In this document: in pieces, positions 9,168-18,342 of the stretch
Position numbering within the stretch: position 1 is the stretch's first letter
How the letters are laid out: each line of letters starts with the position of its first letter
Assembly: GCA_028865725.1 (NCBI GenBank)
Contig: JAGWJP010000001.1
Coordinates: 377,954 to 441,953, forward strand
From: Patescibacteria group bacterium
GTDB taxonomy: Bacteria; Patescibacteriota; Minisyncoccia; UBA6257; JACRHW01
Reading direction: 5' to 3'
DNA: 64,000 nucleotides
Notes under the pieces: model-generated
Told to the model about the DNA's origin: nothing
What the model saw: the letters and a program-made list of their open reading frames with translations, nothing else
The model's database searches: none
Made by a program: the position numbers and the translations under genes

Positions 9168-10472
9168 CTATATGGTGTCTTCGCTGCGTATAATATTGGC
9201 ACCAATATTTTTAAGTCGTTCATCAATATGCTCATATCCACGATCAAGCTCTTCGATATTATGAAGTTCTGATGCCCCTTCTGCGACAAGCGCAGCAATC
9301 ACATGTGCCATCCCTGCCCGCAAGTCTTTTATGGTGAGGCACGATGCATGAAGCGGCGTAGGCCCGTTTACAAGAATACTGTGCCCGTGATTCATGCCGC
9401 TAAATCGACAAGGAATTTCTCCTAAGCATTTTGAAAAAACTCTAATATCTGCTCCCATGGTGTTGAGGTCGATAATATGCCCGAATCGATCTTCATAGAC
9501 TGTTTCGTGAAGAATAGACGTGCCGTGAGCTTGAGTAAGCGCTACGGTGAAGGGCTGTTGCCAATCAGTCATGAATCCTGGATGGGTATCAGTTTCTATT
9601 TCAATACTGCGCAACGTGCCAGCACGCCAAAAAGTAATGCCCATAGGTTCTATTTTATACTCTCCCCCTACTTTTCTGTAGGCATTCAAAAATGTAATGA
9701 GATCGTCTTGTCGTGCTCCACGCACAAAAATGGTTCCATTGTTTGCGAGTGCTAAGGAGGCAAAGGAGACTGCTTCATTGCGATCAGGAAGAATCGTATA
9801 TTCTCCTCCATGAAGCGCGCTAACCCCATCAATGTAGATCCTTCTGTTTGTTCCAAGCTCTATTATAGCTCCTATGTTTTGCAGGAATTTGATCAAGTCA
9901 ATAATTTCTGGCTCCACTGCTGCGTTTTCAATCACCGTTCTTCCTTTAGCAAGAATGGCGGCGAGAAGCGCGTTTTCTGTCGCGCCTACGCTAGGATAAC
10001 GCAGTACGATTTTTACACCCTTGAGTCCTTGTGGCGCTGTTGCGTAGTAGGACGATTCCCGTTTTTCAATGAGTGCTCCCATTGCGCGTAATGCCTCAAG
10101 GTGCATGTCGACTGGGCGTGGTCCAATCTTGTCTCCTCCAAGGAGCGGGATTTCTGCCGTTCCTTGTCGCGCAAGAAGGGGTCCAAGAGCGAGAATAGGT
10201 ATTCTATTTTTACGGCTCAACGACAGTACGCACGTATTGATAATTTCCGGCGTATGGATAAAAATATTTGTTTCTTCCCGTTGTATCGAACTTCCCACAG
10301 ATTCACAAAGCTCTCCCGTGATCGCAACATCAAGAATATCGGGGATATTATGAAGTGTGATTGGCTTTGCGGAAAGAAGAGACGCCACAAGCATTTTTGT
10401 TGCGGCATTTTTTGCTCCTGCAAGCGTAATTTCTCCCTTGAGCGGGTTTCCGCCTTTGATAATGAATTTCAT
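9168..10472 (-). CDS. murA: UDP-N-acetylglucosamine 1-carboxyvinyltransferase
   Basis: GAKNA, SVGATEN, PGFMTD, DLRAG, DRGYE. Confidence 0.97.
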   Translation of the reverse strand: MKFIIKGGNPLKGEITLAGAKNAATKMLVASLLSAKPITLHNIPDILDVAITGELCESVGSSIQREETNIFIHTPEIINTCVLSLSRKNRIPILALGPLLARQGTAEIPLLGGDKIGPRPVDMHLEALRAMGALIEKRESSYYATAPQGLKGVKIVLRYPSVGATENALLAAILAKGRTVIENAAVEPEIIDLIKFLQNIGAIIELGTNRRIYIDGVSALHGGEYTILPDRNEAVSFASLALANNGTIFVRGARQDDLITFLNAYRKVGGEYKIEPMGITFWRAGTLRSIEIETDTHPGFMTDWQQPFTVALTQAHGTSILHETVYEDRFGHIIDLNTMGADIRVFSKCLGEIPCRFSGMNHGHSILVNGPTPLHASCLTIKDLRAGMAHVIAALVAEGASELHNIEELDRGYEHIDERLKNIGANIIRSEDTI

Positions 10473-10543
10473 GTCTTTAGTGTACTCCCTGGTACCTAAA
10501 ATAAAAACCCCTGCAAAAGGAGTTTCTATACAACATTACCGGT

Positions 10544-10936
10544 TTATAATAGATACTTCAAGGCCTCCGATAATTTTTGTTGTTGTTCCTCTATTTTCCT
10601 TACTCTTGATTCTAGTTTGGTTTGCGATGCTTGTATGCGCTCTTTTGCTTTTTGAGAAGTAAGAACATGATATGAAATCTCATCTGACTCAAAATCTTCT
10701 ATCGCGTGTGCCTCCCTCAAAATAATTTGGCCGCTTGGTAAGATGACAAGACGGTCATGCTGGTAATTTCCTTTTGTTGCAAGCGTAGCGGATGGGAGTT
10801 GCTTTTCTAGCTCTTCAAATACACGGTCTTCCTCAGCTGTAAATGATGTCTGAGAATTTTCCTTGGTGCTTTGAAGAATAGAAGAAATCAAAACCTCAAG
10901 TTGCCCCCCCTTTTTTTCTGTCGAAAAATTTTCCAT
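10544..10936 (-). CDS. hypothetical protein with C-terminal coiled coil
   Basis: 130 aa ORF with an upstream promoter. Confidence 0.6.
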   Translation of the reverse strand: MENFSTEKKGGQLEVLISSILQSTKENSQTSFTAEEDRVFEELEKQLPSATLATKGNYQHDRLVILPSGQIILREAHAIEDFESDEISYHVLTSQKAKERIQASQTKLESRVRKIEEQQQKLSEALKYLL

Positions 10937-10970
10937 ATCGTTTTATTTTATTTTTCTCAATTACCAGTAT

Positions 10971-10999
10971 ATTATAATTTCATTATTTTTTTTGTGCAA
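10971..10999 (-). promoter_or_regulatory. sigma70-type promoter
   Basis: TTGCAC-17-TATAAT. Confidence 0.6.
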
Positions 11000-11004
11000 T
11001 AGGG

Positions 11005-11041
11005 AATTTAAAAACCCTGCGCAAGGAAGGGTTTTTAAATT
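11005..11041 (-). terminator. intrinsic terminator after rpsI
   Basis: AATTTAAAAACCCT...AGGGTTTTTAAATT inverted repeat. Confidence 0.75.
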
Positions 11042-11076
11042 TCTAAACGCTAATACATTCACAGCTAAAAGTTCAA

Positions 11077-11529
11077 TTAGCGTTTACCCCATTGCGGAGC
11101 GCGCCGTGCCTTTTTTAGACCATATTTTTTGCGCTCTACCATGCGAGGATCACGCGTAAGATATCCTGCGCGCTTCAATCTACGCTTGAATTCGGGATTA
11201 AACGCAAGGAGCGCTCTACTGATTCCATGGCGTACCGCTTCTGCTTGCGCAGAAACGCCGCCCCCTACAAGTTTTACTTCTCCTCCAAACGATTCAGTTT
11301 TCATTTTTTTGAAAGGCGCTTCTATCGTGAGTTGGGCGCGTTTTGTAGGAAAATAGTCGTGATAATCTTTTCCATTTACTGTAATGGTTTTGTGCTTCGG
11401 ATACAAGCGTACCTGAGCTATCGCAGTTTTTCTGCGCCCAACTCCATAAAAATAACGGTTCTGATCTTCCGATCCAGAAACTATTTCTTTATTTTTTTTT
11501 GCAACTGGCTTTTTAGTGATAGTAGGCAT
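11077..11529 (-). CDS. rpsI: 30S ribosomal protein S9
   Basis: GRRKTA, GGGVSAQAEA, RDPRMVERKKYG. Confidence 0.98.
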   Translation of the reverse strand: MPTITKKPVAKKNKEIVSGSEDQNRYFYGVGRRKTAIAQVRLYPKHKTITVNGKDYHDYFPTKRAQLTIEAPFKKMKTESFGGEVKLVGGGVSAQAEAVRHGISRALLAFNPEFKRRLKRAGYLTRDPRMVERKKYGLKKARRAPQWGKR

Positions 11530-11538
11530 AGAACTTAC

Positions 11539-11892
11539 TTATACGAATAGCAATCGTTTAATACGGCGCGCACGTAGCTTATTTTTGGGTAGCATCCGAT
11601 AAACCGCAATTTTTAAGATTTGTTTTGGATCTTTCTCAAATATATTTTCTGCAGAACGTTCTTTGAGGTGACCGGGATAACGCGTGTGTTTATAATATAT
11701 TTTTTGTTCCATCTTTTTTCCTGAAAACTTGATTTTGTCCACGTTTGCTACACGCACTACTGTAGTTCCTGCAAGGCGAGGTTCGTAGGCAGGTTTGTGC
11801 TTATCTTGAAGTAGAGATGCAATGTGAGATGCGACACGGCCTACCATTTTGTCTCGTACGTCTATTTCTATTGTTCCTGAAGAATGTGCCAT
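11539..11892 (-). CDS. rplM: 50S ribosomal protein L13
   Basis: GRVAS, KHKP, YYKHTRYPG, MLPKN. Confidence 0.96.
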   Translation of the reverse strand: MAHSSGTIEIDVRDKMVGRVASHIASLLQDKHKPAYEPRLAGTTVVRVANVDKIKFSGKKMEQKIYYKHTRYPGHLKERSAENIFEKDPKQILKIAVYRMLPKNKLRARRIKRLLFV

Positions 11893-11900
11893 AATTTAAT

Positions 11901-12248
11901 TTAAACGAATTCGATAATTGCCATCTTTGCTCCGTCTGCAAGCCGATCTTTTCCATGAATAATACGTGTATATCCACCTCTCCGTTCTTGATAGCGAGGT
12001 GCAATTTCGTGAAATAATTTTTTCGAAGAAATCTTAGGCAGCCGACGGAGCAAAAGACGTAATGAAGCGGTGTCTTGTTTTTTTGCTACCGTTACTAGCT
12101 TTTCTATTTTGGTTTTAATTTCTTTTGCGCGGGCCAACGTTGTTTCCATTTTTCCGTGCATAACTAAATTGTGTTCCAAGCCCTTAATAAACGCCCTGCG
12201 TTCTGATATCTTTCTATGAAATTTTCTTCCTTTATTGACGTGTCTCAT
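11901..12248 (-). CDS. rplQ: 50S ribosomal protein L17
   Basis: MRH, ETTLARAKE, RRGGYTRI, DGAKMAIIE. Confidence 0.97.
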   Translation of the reverse strand: MRHVNKGRKFHRKISERRAFIKGLEHNLVMHGKMETTLARAKEIKTKIEKLVTVAKKQDTASLRLLLRRLPKISSKKLFHEIAPRYQERRGGYTRIIHGKDRLADGAKMAIIEFV

Positions 12249-12271
12249 AACTACAAACAAAATACATGCGT

Positions 12272-13057
12272 TTATTTTTTTGCTTTTTTCTCTTTTTTTG
12301 TCTTTATTTCACTATCTTCTCCATTCTCTTCAGGCTCTTTTGATTCCTCACTCATCATACCAAGTGCTTCATTTTCTGTTTCATGGACGAGTGCCCCAAA
12401 CTGACTAATGAGAATGTTCACCGCATCTTCAAACGCTTGTTCAGGGGTAATACTTCCGTCCGTTTCGAGAGCAAGAAGAAGACGATTAAAATCAGTCCGT
12501 TCTCCTACACGCATGTTTTCTACACTATCCCGCACCTTTTGTACAGGAGTAAAGATAGCATCGATAGCAACCATACCAATAGGCAGCTTTTCTTTTTGCA
12601 TTGTTTCAGAAGTCTGATATCCTCGACCGCGTTCTACTACTATTTCCATAGTAATCGTGGTTTTTTTATCAGTTACAGTCATGAGAACTAAATCTGAATT
12701 AATAATCTCTACATTTGGATTTTTTTCAATATCATTACCGGTAATTTCTTTTTCTCCTTTTGTATGTATATAAAGCGTTTCCGGGCCGTCACTTAAAAGC
12801 TTTATGCGCAATTTCTTGAGATTAAGCATAATTTGAATAACGTCCTCGAGCACCCCCGGAATGGTTGAAAATTCATGATCGACTCCTTCTATTTTGAAAG
12901 AAGTTACTGCCGCGCCGCGAAGCGAGGACAAAAGAACCCTGCGCAAAGCGTTGCCAAGCGTAATACCGTATCCGGGGTATAACCCCTCAATGTTAAATAC
13001 GCCGGCGTTATCTCCTGTAGACGTAAAGACTGGTTTGTGAGGAAGAGGAATTTGCAT
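12272..13057 (-). CDS. rpoA: RNA polymerase subunit alpha (no alpha-CTD)
   Basis: GYGITLGNALRRVLLSS, HEFSTIPGV, ETDGSITP. Confidence 0.97.
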   Translation of the reverse strand: MQIPLPHKPVFTSTGDNAGVFNIEGLYPGYGITLGNALRRVLLSSLRGAAVTSFKIEGVDHEFSTIPGVLEDVIQIMLNLKKLRIKLLSDGPETLYIHTKGEKEITGNDIEKNPNVEIINSDLVLMTVTDKKTTITMEIVVERGRGYQTSETMQKEKLPIGMVAIDAIFTPVQKVRDSVENMRVGERTDFNRLLLALETDGSITPEQAFEDAVNILISQFGALVHETENEALGMMSEESKEPEENGEDSEIKTKKEKKAKK

Positions 13058-13077
13058 AATAAATAATTATGTTAATT

Positions 13078-13701
13078 TTAGCGCGAATAAAATTCAACGA
13101 TTGCATTAAGATTAAAGGGCAGGTTGATTTCTTCTGGTTTAGGAAGCCCTGTTATGGTTGCGCGTATTGCTTCTCGATCAAGGGAAAGCCATCCCGATAA
13201 TTCATGATTTTTAATACGGGCAGGGATATCCTTGAGTTCTCCTTTAGTTTTAGAACTTTCACGAATGGATATCACATCCCCCTTTTTTACGCTGAAAGAA
13301 GGAATCGTGACGCGCCTCTCGTTTATTAAAAAATGACCATGACGCACAAGAGCTCGCGCGACTCCGCGTGAAGGGGTAAAACCAAGGCGGAATACCACAT
13401 TATCAAGACGCTGCTCTAACATCTGCAAAAGATGATCAATTGTGACACCTTTTTTGGAGAGCGCTTTTTTGAAATACCGTTCAAACTGTTCCTCACGCAA
13501 TCCATAACTCCATTTTAGTTTCTGCTTTTCGAGAAGTTGTTTTCCATACTCTGTTTTATTGTGCCTTTTTTTGCTTTGTCCGTGCACGCCGGGACGGTAA
13601 GGTCGACGCACTGCGCCACATTTCGCAGAAAGACAGCGCTCCCCCTTTAAGAAGAGTTTTTCGCCTACCGCTCGGCATTTTTTACATTTTGGACCAATCA
13701 T
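13078..13701 (-). CDS. rpsD: 30S ribosomal protein S4 (Zn type)
   Basis: CKKCR, EKQKL, LEQRLDNVVFRLG, IVEFYSR. Confidence 0.98.
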   Translation of the reverse strand: MIGPKCKKCRAVGEKLFLKGERCLSAKCGAVRRPYRPGVHGQSKKRHNKTEYGKQLLEKQKLKWSYGLREEQFERYFKKALSKKGVTIDHLLQMLEQRLDNVVFRLGFTPSRGVARALVRHGHFLINERRVTIPSFSVKKGDVISIRESSKTKGELKDIPARIKNHELSGWLSLDREAIRATITGLPKPEEINLPFNLNAIVEFYSR

Positions 13702-13737
13702 ACGTTACAAGATTATTTTTGTGAAAATAAATTAGGA

Positions 13738-14190
13738 TTATACCCGTCTTACTTTTTTGGGGCGAGGACCGTTATGGGGAACAGGGGTCATATCAACAAT
13801 AGAATCTATTTCAAATCCTTTGCCCGCAAATGCGCGAATAGCTGCGTCACGCCCCCCCCCGATTCCTTTAACTATAATATCTAGTTTGGTGGGGCCTGAT
13901 TTTGCAGTTTTTTCTGCGACTGCCTCTACTGTCTTTGATGCAGCAAAAGGCGTTGCCTTTTTGGGACCCTTGAACCCCAATGCTCCCGCCGAATTCCACG
14001 CCAACACGTTTCCTTGCATATCGGTAAGGGTGATCACTGTATTGTTGTAGCTTGCTTTAATATACACTTTCCCTTTTTCAAGCAATTTGCGAGAGGATTT
14101 TGCACCACTCTCTTTTACTTTTTCTTCAAGCGCCTTGCTTTCGCTGAGAACTTGATCTTGTGTTTCTTGTATAACCCTTTTTTTTCCCAT
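13738..14190 (-). CDS. rpsK: 30S ribosomal protein S11
   Basis: ASYNNT, KKATPFAA, TPVPHNGPRP. Confidence 0.98.
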   Translation of the reverse strand: MGKKRVIQETQDQVLSESKALEEKVKESGAKSSRKLLEKGKVYIKASYNNTVITLTDMQGNVLAWNSAGALGFKGPKKATPFAASKTVEAVAEKTAKSGPTKLDIIVKGIGGGRDAAIRAFAGKGFEIDSIVDMTPVPHNGPRPKKVRRV

Positions 14191-14210
14191 AGTTAAAGGA
14201 TCCCTTTCAA

Positions 14211-14600
14211 TTATTTCAACCCAACTTTTCTACGTCCGCTTCCGACTGTTTTTCTCACATTTCCACGCACTGTGCGTGAATTTGTTTTTGTTTTCTGGCC
14301 GCGCACAGGAAGATGCTTCATATGGCGCATGCCTCGATAGGCCCCGATGTCTTTAAGCCGTTTTATGTTTGCCCTTACTTCTCTGCGAAGGTCATTTTCA
14401 GTTTTATATTTTTCCGTAATCACATCCTGGAGTAATTTAATGTCTTTTGCATCGAGATCTTTCACTTTTGTACGCGGGTCGATTTTTGCGTATTTTAAAA
14501 TTTCTTTTGAACGAGAAAAACCTACCCCATAGAGATACGTTAATGCTATTTCAACATTTTTTTGTTCCGGAAGATTAATTCCGCTAATACGCGCTGCCAT
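14211..14600 (-). CDS. rpsM: 30S ribosomal protein S13
   Basis: ARISGINLP, YRGMRH, LPVRGQKTKTN. Confidence 0.98.
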   Translation of the reverse strand: MAARISGINLPEQKNVEIALTYLYGVGFSRSKEILKYAKIDPRTKVKDLDAKDIKLLQDVITEKYKTENDLRREVRANIKRLKDIGAYRGMRHMKHLPVRGQKTKTNSRTVRGNVRKTVGSGRRKVGLK

Positions 14601-14602
14601 AA

Positions 14603-14716
14603 TTATCCTTGTCGTTGTTTATGTTTTGGAATAACGCATATAACACGAAGACGCCCTTTTCTTCGTACGAGCTTACATTTCTGACACACTTTTTTTACTG
14701 ATGCGCGTACGTGCAT
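14603..14716 (-). CDS. rpmJ: 50S ribosomal protein L36 (not in ORF track)
   Basis: Hand translation [37 protein letters not shown]. Confidence 0.96.
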   Translation of the reverse strand: MHVRASVKKVCQKCKLVRRKGRLRVICVIPKHKQRQG

Positions 14717-14744
14717 TGCCGTGATTCGTTATTACCTTAATTTG

Positions 14745-14951
14745 TTACTTTCTTTTAATAATTCTCCCTTTAGTTTCATCATAAGGGCCAAGCTCTATAG
14801 TGACTTGGTCTCCTGGAATCACTTTAATATAATAAATCCTCATTTTTCCAGAAAGATGCGCTAGTACAAGAGAGTTATTGTCCAAACGCACACGAAAAGT
14901 GCCGCCCGGGAGCGCTTCCTCGATCACCCCATCCACTGTCTTTTTTTGCAT
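14745..14951 (-). CDS. infA: translation initiation factor IF-1
   Basis: [24 protein letters not shown]. Confidence 0.97.
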   Translation of the reverse strand: MQKKTVDGVIEEALPGGTFRVRLDNNSLVLAHLSGKMRIYYIKVIPGDQVTIELGPYDETKGRIIKRK

Positions 14952-15048
14952 AGGTTAATCGCGCGAGATGCAGGGTCGGGACTATCTAAAAAAGAAAAGC
15001 CTAACCAGCTTCCCACGCCACCTAGATATAGTAATCAAATACACGAAA

Positions 15049-16413
15049 TTAGTCAATAGCTACGGATACTTTGGCGCTATTTTTAGGTACCGAGGTAACC
15101 CAGAAGGGCCATAATGATATTTTTAGGGATTCAATTGCTGTATCGGTGCTCAGCAATTGTTTGATTTCATCGGTGTTTTTTCCAAGGATTGCGTGTGTGA
15201 GTGCTTTCGTATCGATAGGGGTACGCAACATGTCTTTTGCCTCATAGGAAAATGCGGCGAGCGTACGCGCATCATTAATGCGTAAGGTACCGTATGAGAG
15301 GGTCATATCCACTGATTCCAGAGAGCTTGCCTCTTGCAACAACAGATTTTGCGCAAGTGTTTTCACGTCGTCTTCTTTGAATCCAAGGGCGCGGAGTTCC
15401 ACAGTCCCCGTAAACTTAAACGATGAAACAGCATCCCCCAGTGCGTGGTCTGCCGACGAGTCGGTAAGTGTGTAGTCAGTCGCGCCATTTAAAAATATAT
15501 ATCCTTTTGATTTTTCAGTAAGCTCTGTGTTGAGAACTGTTTGTACTGAATTGATGATATCTGTTTTTGCATGTTGAATATCGTTGGCATTTACCGCTTG
15601 TATATTGCCCTCAGACCCCCCGCTCATCGTTTGCGTAGATTTACCATAGAAACCTTCATATCGCGCAGACCCTTTAAAGCCCGGGATAGTAAACGTAGTT
15701 GGCGCGATATTGAAAGAGGCTCCAGGCTGATCTGCCGTTACGTGTGCATCTATGAAATTGGGTACCAGTTTTCCTCCTACCAGCTTTGCTCCCGGGACAG
15801 TAATACCGGTATCAAGTCGGAACAATTTTCCATCGAGGGATAAAAAGCGCGTGGTTGCGATAAGACGTTGCGGACTCGTCGAATAGTTATTATAAATAGT
15901 AATACTGCCCCTTGCTTTTTGTGTTGATGTCTCTTTTGTCGTGGTATATTCTTTGGTGAGTGTGCGAGTGAGAGTAAACACTTTTGCCGGAATCGTTTGG
16001 TTTTGTGTATCTATTTCATGCACAGCGGTGGAGGCTGTTGCTGCGGATGTAAGCGATTTTATGGTTTGTTGAGCGTGAACAGTAATAGTTGCGCGAGGAA
16101 GAAGCACAGTAGCTACATACCATACCACGAGTAGGCACCCCAAACCTATCGCGATATTGATATATAAAACAGTACGCTTTCGTGGGGAAAAAGGATTAGG
16201 ATTGTCTTCGGGTTTTGCGTGCGTGTCAGGTACCTCCTCCTCATTATTGCGTTCTTTTTTCTTTTTAAATAGTTCCCAATGAGAGAGTGAATTCGAATTC
16301 TTCAAATCTTCCTTTGAATAGAGCGTTTCTATAGGATCCCTACCTTCTCGTTGGGGAGAGGTGGAATCGTGTCGCGGTTTTATATCAACTACAAGTGGGT
16401 GGTGATCAGACAT
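15049..16413 (-). CDS. CPR single-pass membrane protein (baseplate-J-like beta domain)
   Basis: TM at IAIGLG; KARGSITIYN, LIATTRF, ADQPG..FNI, LWPFWV pattern; ATG 16413 follows TGGTATAAT. Confidence 0.6.
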   Translation of the reverse strand: MSDHHPLVVDIKPRHDSTSPQREGRDPIETLYSKEDLKNSNSLSHWELFKKKKERNNEEEVPDTHAKPEDNPNPFSPRKRTVLYINIAIGLGCLLVVWYVATVLLPRATITVHAQQTIKSLTSAATASTAVHEIDTQNQTIPAKVFTLTRTLTKEYTTTKETSTQKARGSITIYNNYSTSPQRLIATTRFLSLDGKLFRLDTGITVPGAKLVGGKLVPNFIDAHVTADQPGASFNIAPTTFTIPGFKGSARYEGFYGKSTQTMSGGSEGNIQAVNANDIQHAKTDIINSVQTVLNTELTEKSKGYIFLNGATDYTLTDSSADHALGDAVSSFKFTGTVELRALGFKEDDVKTLAQNLLLQEASSLESVDMTLSYGTLRINDARTLAAFSYEAKDMLRTPIDTKALTHAILGKNTDEIKQLLSTDTAIESLKISLWPFWVTSVPKNSAKVSVAID

Positions 16414-16614
16414 GTTGCTAAGCTTACTGGTATTATACCAGATTTGCATCAAAACACACAATCCACATATAACACAGATTGACATCTTATGTATTCAGAT
16501 GTGATTTCCATTTTTATACAAAGTGTGTTGGCATTATCATTTTTCGTGAATATCATTTTTTCTTTTTATGTTTTTGAGGTATACTAGCAAGAGATAATTT
16601 TAACGTACTGAGTT

Positions 16615-17100
16615 ATGAAAAATTTTTATGTTATTGCGGCAGGGTTGATATTGTTTGGCATTTTGATTTTAATCTTTGCGTTTGTTCGACCCGCCGGCGA
16701 ACCCATTAAATCGTCCCCGCAATTCACCGAGACCTCATCATCTTCATCACATATATCTTCATCAACTTCTCGCGATGGACTTGGTATTCAGGACGTGGTG
16801 GTGGGAACAGGGACAGAGGCAAAAAATGGAGACAAGGTCGTAGTTCATTATCGAGGGACTCTTGAAAACGGGACCCAGTTTGATAGTTCTTATGACAGAA
16901 ACCAGCCTTTCTCTTTCACATTAGGCGCAGGTATGGTTATTCGGGGCTGGGATCTTGGTGTGTTGGGTATGAAGGTGGGGGGTGTGCGCAAACTTACTAT
17001 TCCCGCCTCGCTTGGATACGGTGATGCCGGCGTGCCGGGAGTAATCCCCCCCCGCGCAACGCTTCTGTTTGAAATCAAATTATTAAGTGTTCATCAGTAG
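16615..17100 (+). CDS. FKBP-type peptidyl-prolyl isomerase with N-terminal anchor
   Basis: VHYRGTL, FDSS, VIRGWD, LGYG, IPP. Confidence 0.96.
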   Translation: MKNFYVIAAGLILFGILILIFAFVRPAGEPIKSSPQFTETSSSSSHISSSTSRDGLGIQDVVVGTGTEAKNGDKVVVHYRGTLENGTQFDSSYDRNQPFSFTLGAGMVIRGWDLGVLGMKVGGVRKLTIPASLGYGDAGVPGVIPPRATLLFEIKLLSVHQ

Positions 17101-17115
17101 AGGCACTTACTACAT

Positions 17116-18342
17116 ATGTCATTTTCTGTTCACAAAGGCAGGATAGGAGCCGTGCTCGCCTTACTCCTTGTGGGAGGTGGAGTTTTGATATATTTTGCAT
17201 ATACCTCATCACGGTTACCCGGTTCATCTGTCCCATCCTCTCCCTCTTCGGTGCAGCAACCTTGGATAGAAGTTGTTACTCCTCCTGTGTTTGATGTCGC
17301 GACTCATAAGGAATTGCAAACAGGTGATGAGCTTGCTGAAGGTAGCACTGTCGAAGCCGGGCCTGCGGGTCTTGCAAACATTTATTTTGCCAACGGCTCA
17401 CTTATGCGTGTTGATTCCAATACCCGATTTACATTACAGAATGTTTCTTATGATACAAAAACACGTACTTCAGTTACCAGAATACAACTTATTATCGGGA
17501 GGGTGTGGTCAAAGCTTATTGCGCTTGCAACACCCGAATCGGTGTGGGAGGTAAAAACAGTAAATGCGGTGGCGACTGTGCGTGGAACCGCATTTGGTGT
17601 AGAATACACGCCGGATAATGGTGGTACCACGCGGATTATTGGTGCCGAACATCAAATTAGTGTAGGTTTGGTGGATCCCGCGACGCAGAATGTCGTCGCG
17701 GATAATGCGGCAACAGTAACCTCAGGAACTTATGTTCAGATTACGACTCCCGACGTAGGCCGTGTGATCGCACACCAGGTTCCTGTTTCAGAAGTCGTTG
17801 TGGTGAAGAAAACCCCCGATACTATTTTGCAGCAACCATGGATTCAGCAATCCTTACAGGCAGATACAACCGTGGATAATCAATTGCAATCACTTCACAA
17901 CGACGTCAATGCGTACCAGGGACTCGTTGAACAACGGAAAATAGAGCTTCAAAATACAAATGGAACTCGGCCCACAACCAGTATTTCTGTTCCTCTCGCC
18001 AGCACCACGCTTACTATTGAAACGAACATGAATACCGATGACAGTCTTGCGGTCGGTGCTACCACTTTTTTCCATGCATACGTGCATCTTGAGAATGGCG
18101 CTACACAAGACGTGACTCCACATGCATCGTGGCAAGTTCATGGACCAATCGGAACGATTACTTCGGATGGAATATTTACTGCCGCACTTGATTCTCAGCG
18201 CGAGGCATATGGAAGCGGAACCGGATTCATATCGGCCTCATGGGAAGATGCTGCTCACCGTGTTTACAGTGCATCTTCACCAACGCTTGTGGTCGAAATT
18301 CCCGAACCCGCTCCTCCCGCTAACACTGTTGAGGGACAATGA
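17116..18342 (+). CDS. FecR-domain membrane-anchored protein with C-terminal Ig-like region
   Basis: TM; FANGSLMRVDSNT, GRVW, NAVATVRGTAF; QDVT..ASW. Confidence 0.8.
   Translation: MSFSVHKGRIGAVLALLLVGGGVLIYFAYTSSRLPGSSVPSSPSSVQQPWIEVVTPPVFDVATHKELQTGDELAEGSTVEAGPAGLANIYFANGSLMRVDSNTRFTLQNVSYDTKTRTSVTRIQLIIGRVWSKLIALATPESVWEVKTVNAVATVRGTAFGVEYTPDNGGTTRIIGAEHQISVGLVDPATQNVVADNAATVTSGTYVQITTPDVGRVIAHQVPVSEVVVVKKTPDTILQQPWIQQSLQADTTVDNQLQSLHNDVNAYQGLVEQRKIELQNTNGTRPTTSISVPLASTTLTIETNMNTDDSLAVGATTFFHAYVHLENGATQDVTPHASWQVHGPIGTITSDGIFTAALDSQREAYGSGTGFISASWEDAAHRVYSASSPTLVVEIPEPAPPANTVEGQ

Noticed and set aside
16414-16485. Cys-rich N-terminus (SICVICGLC) as a metal site
   Set aside because: It is translation of spacer repeats upstream of a TGGTATAAT promoter.
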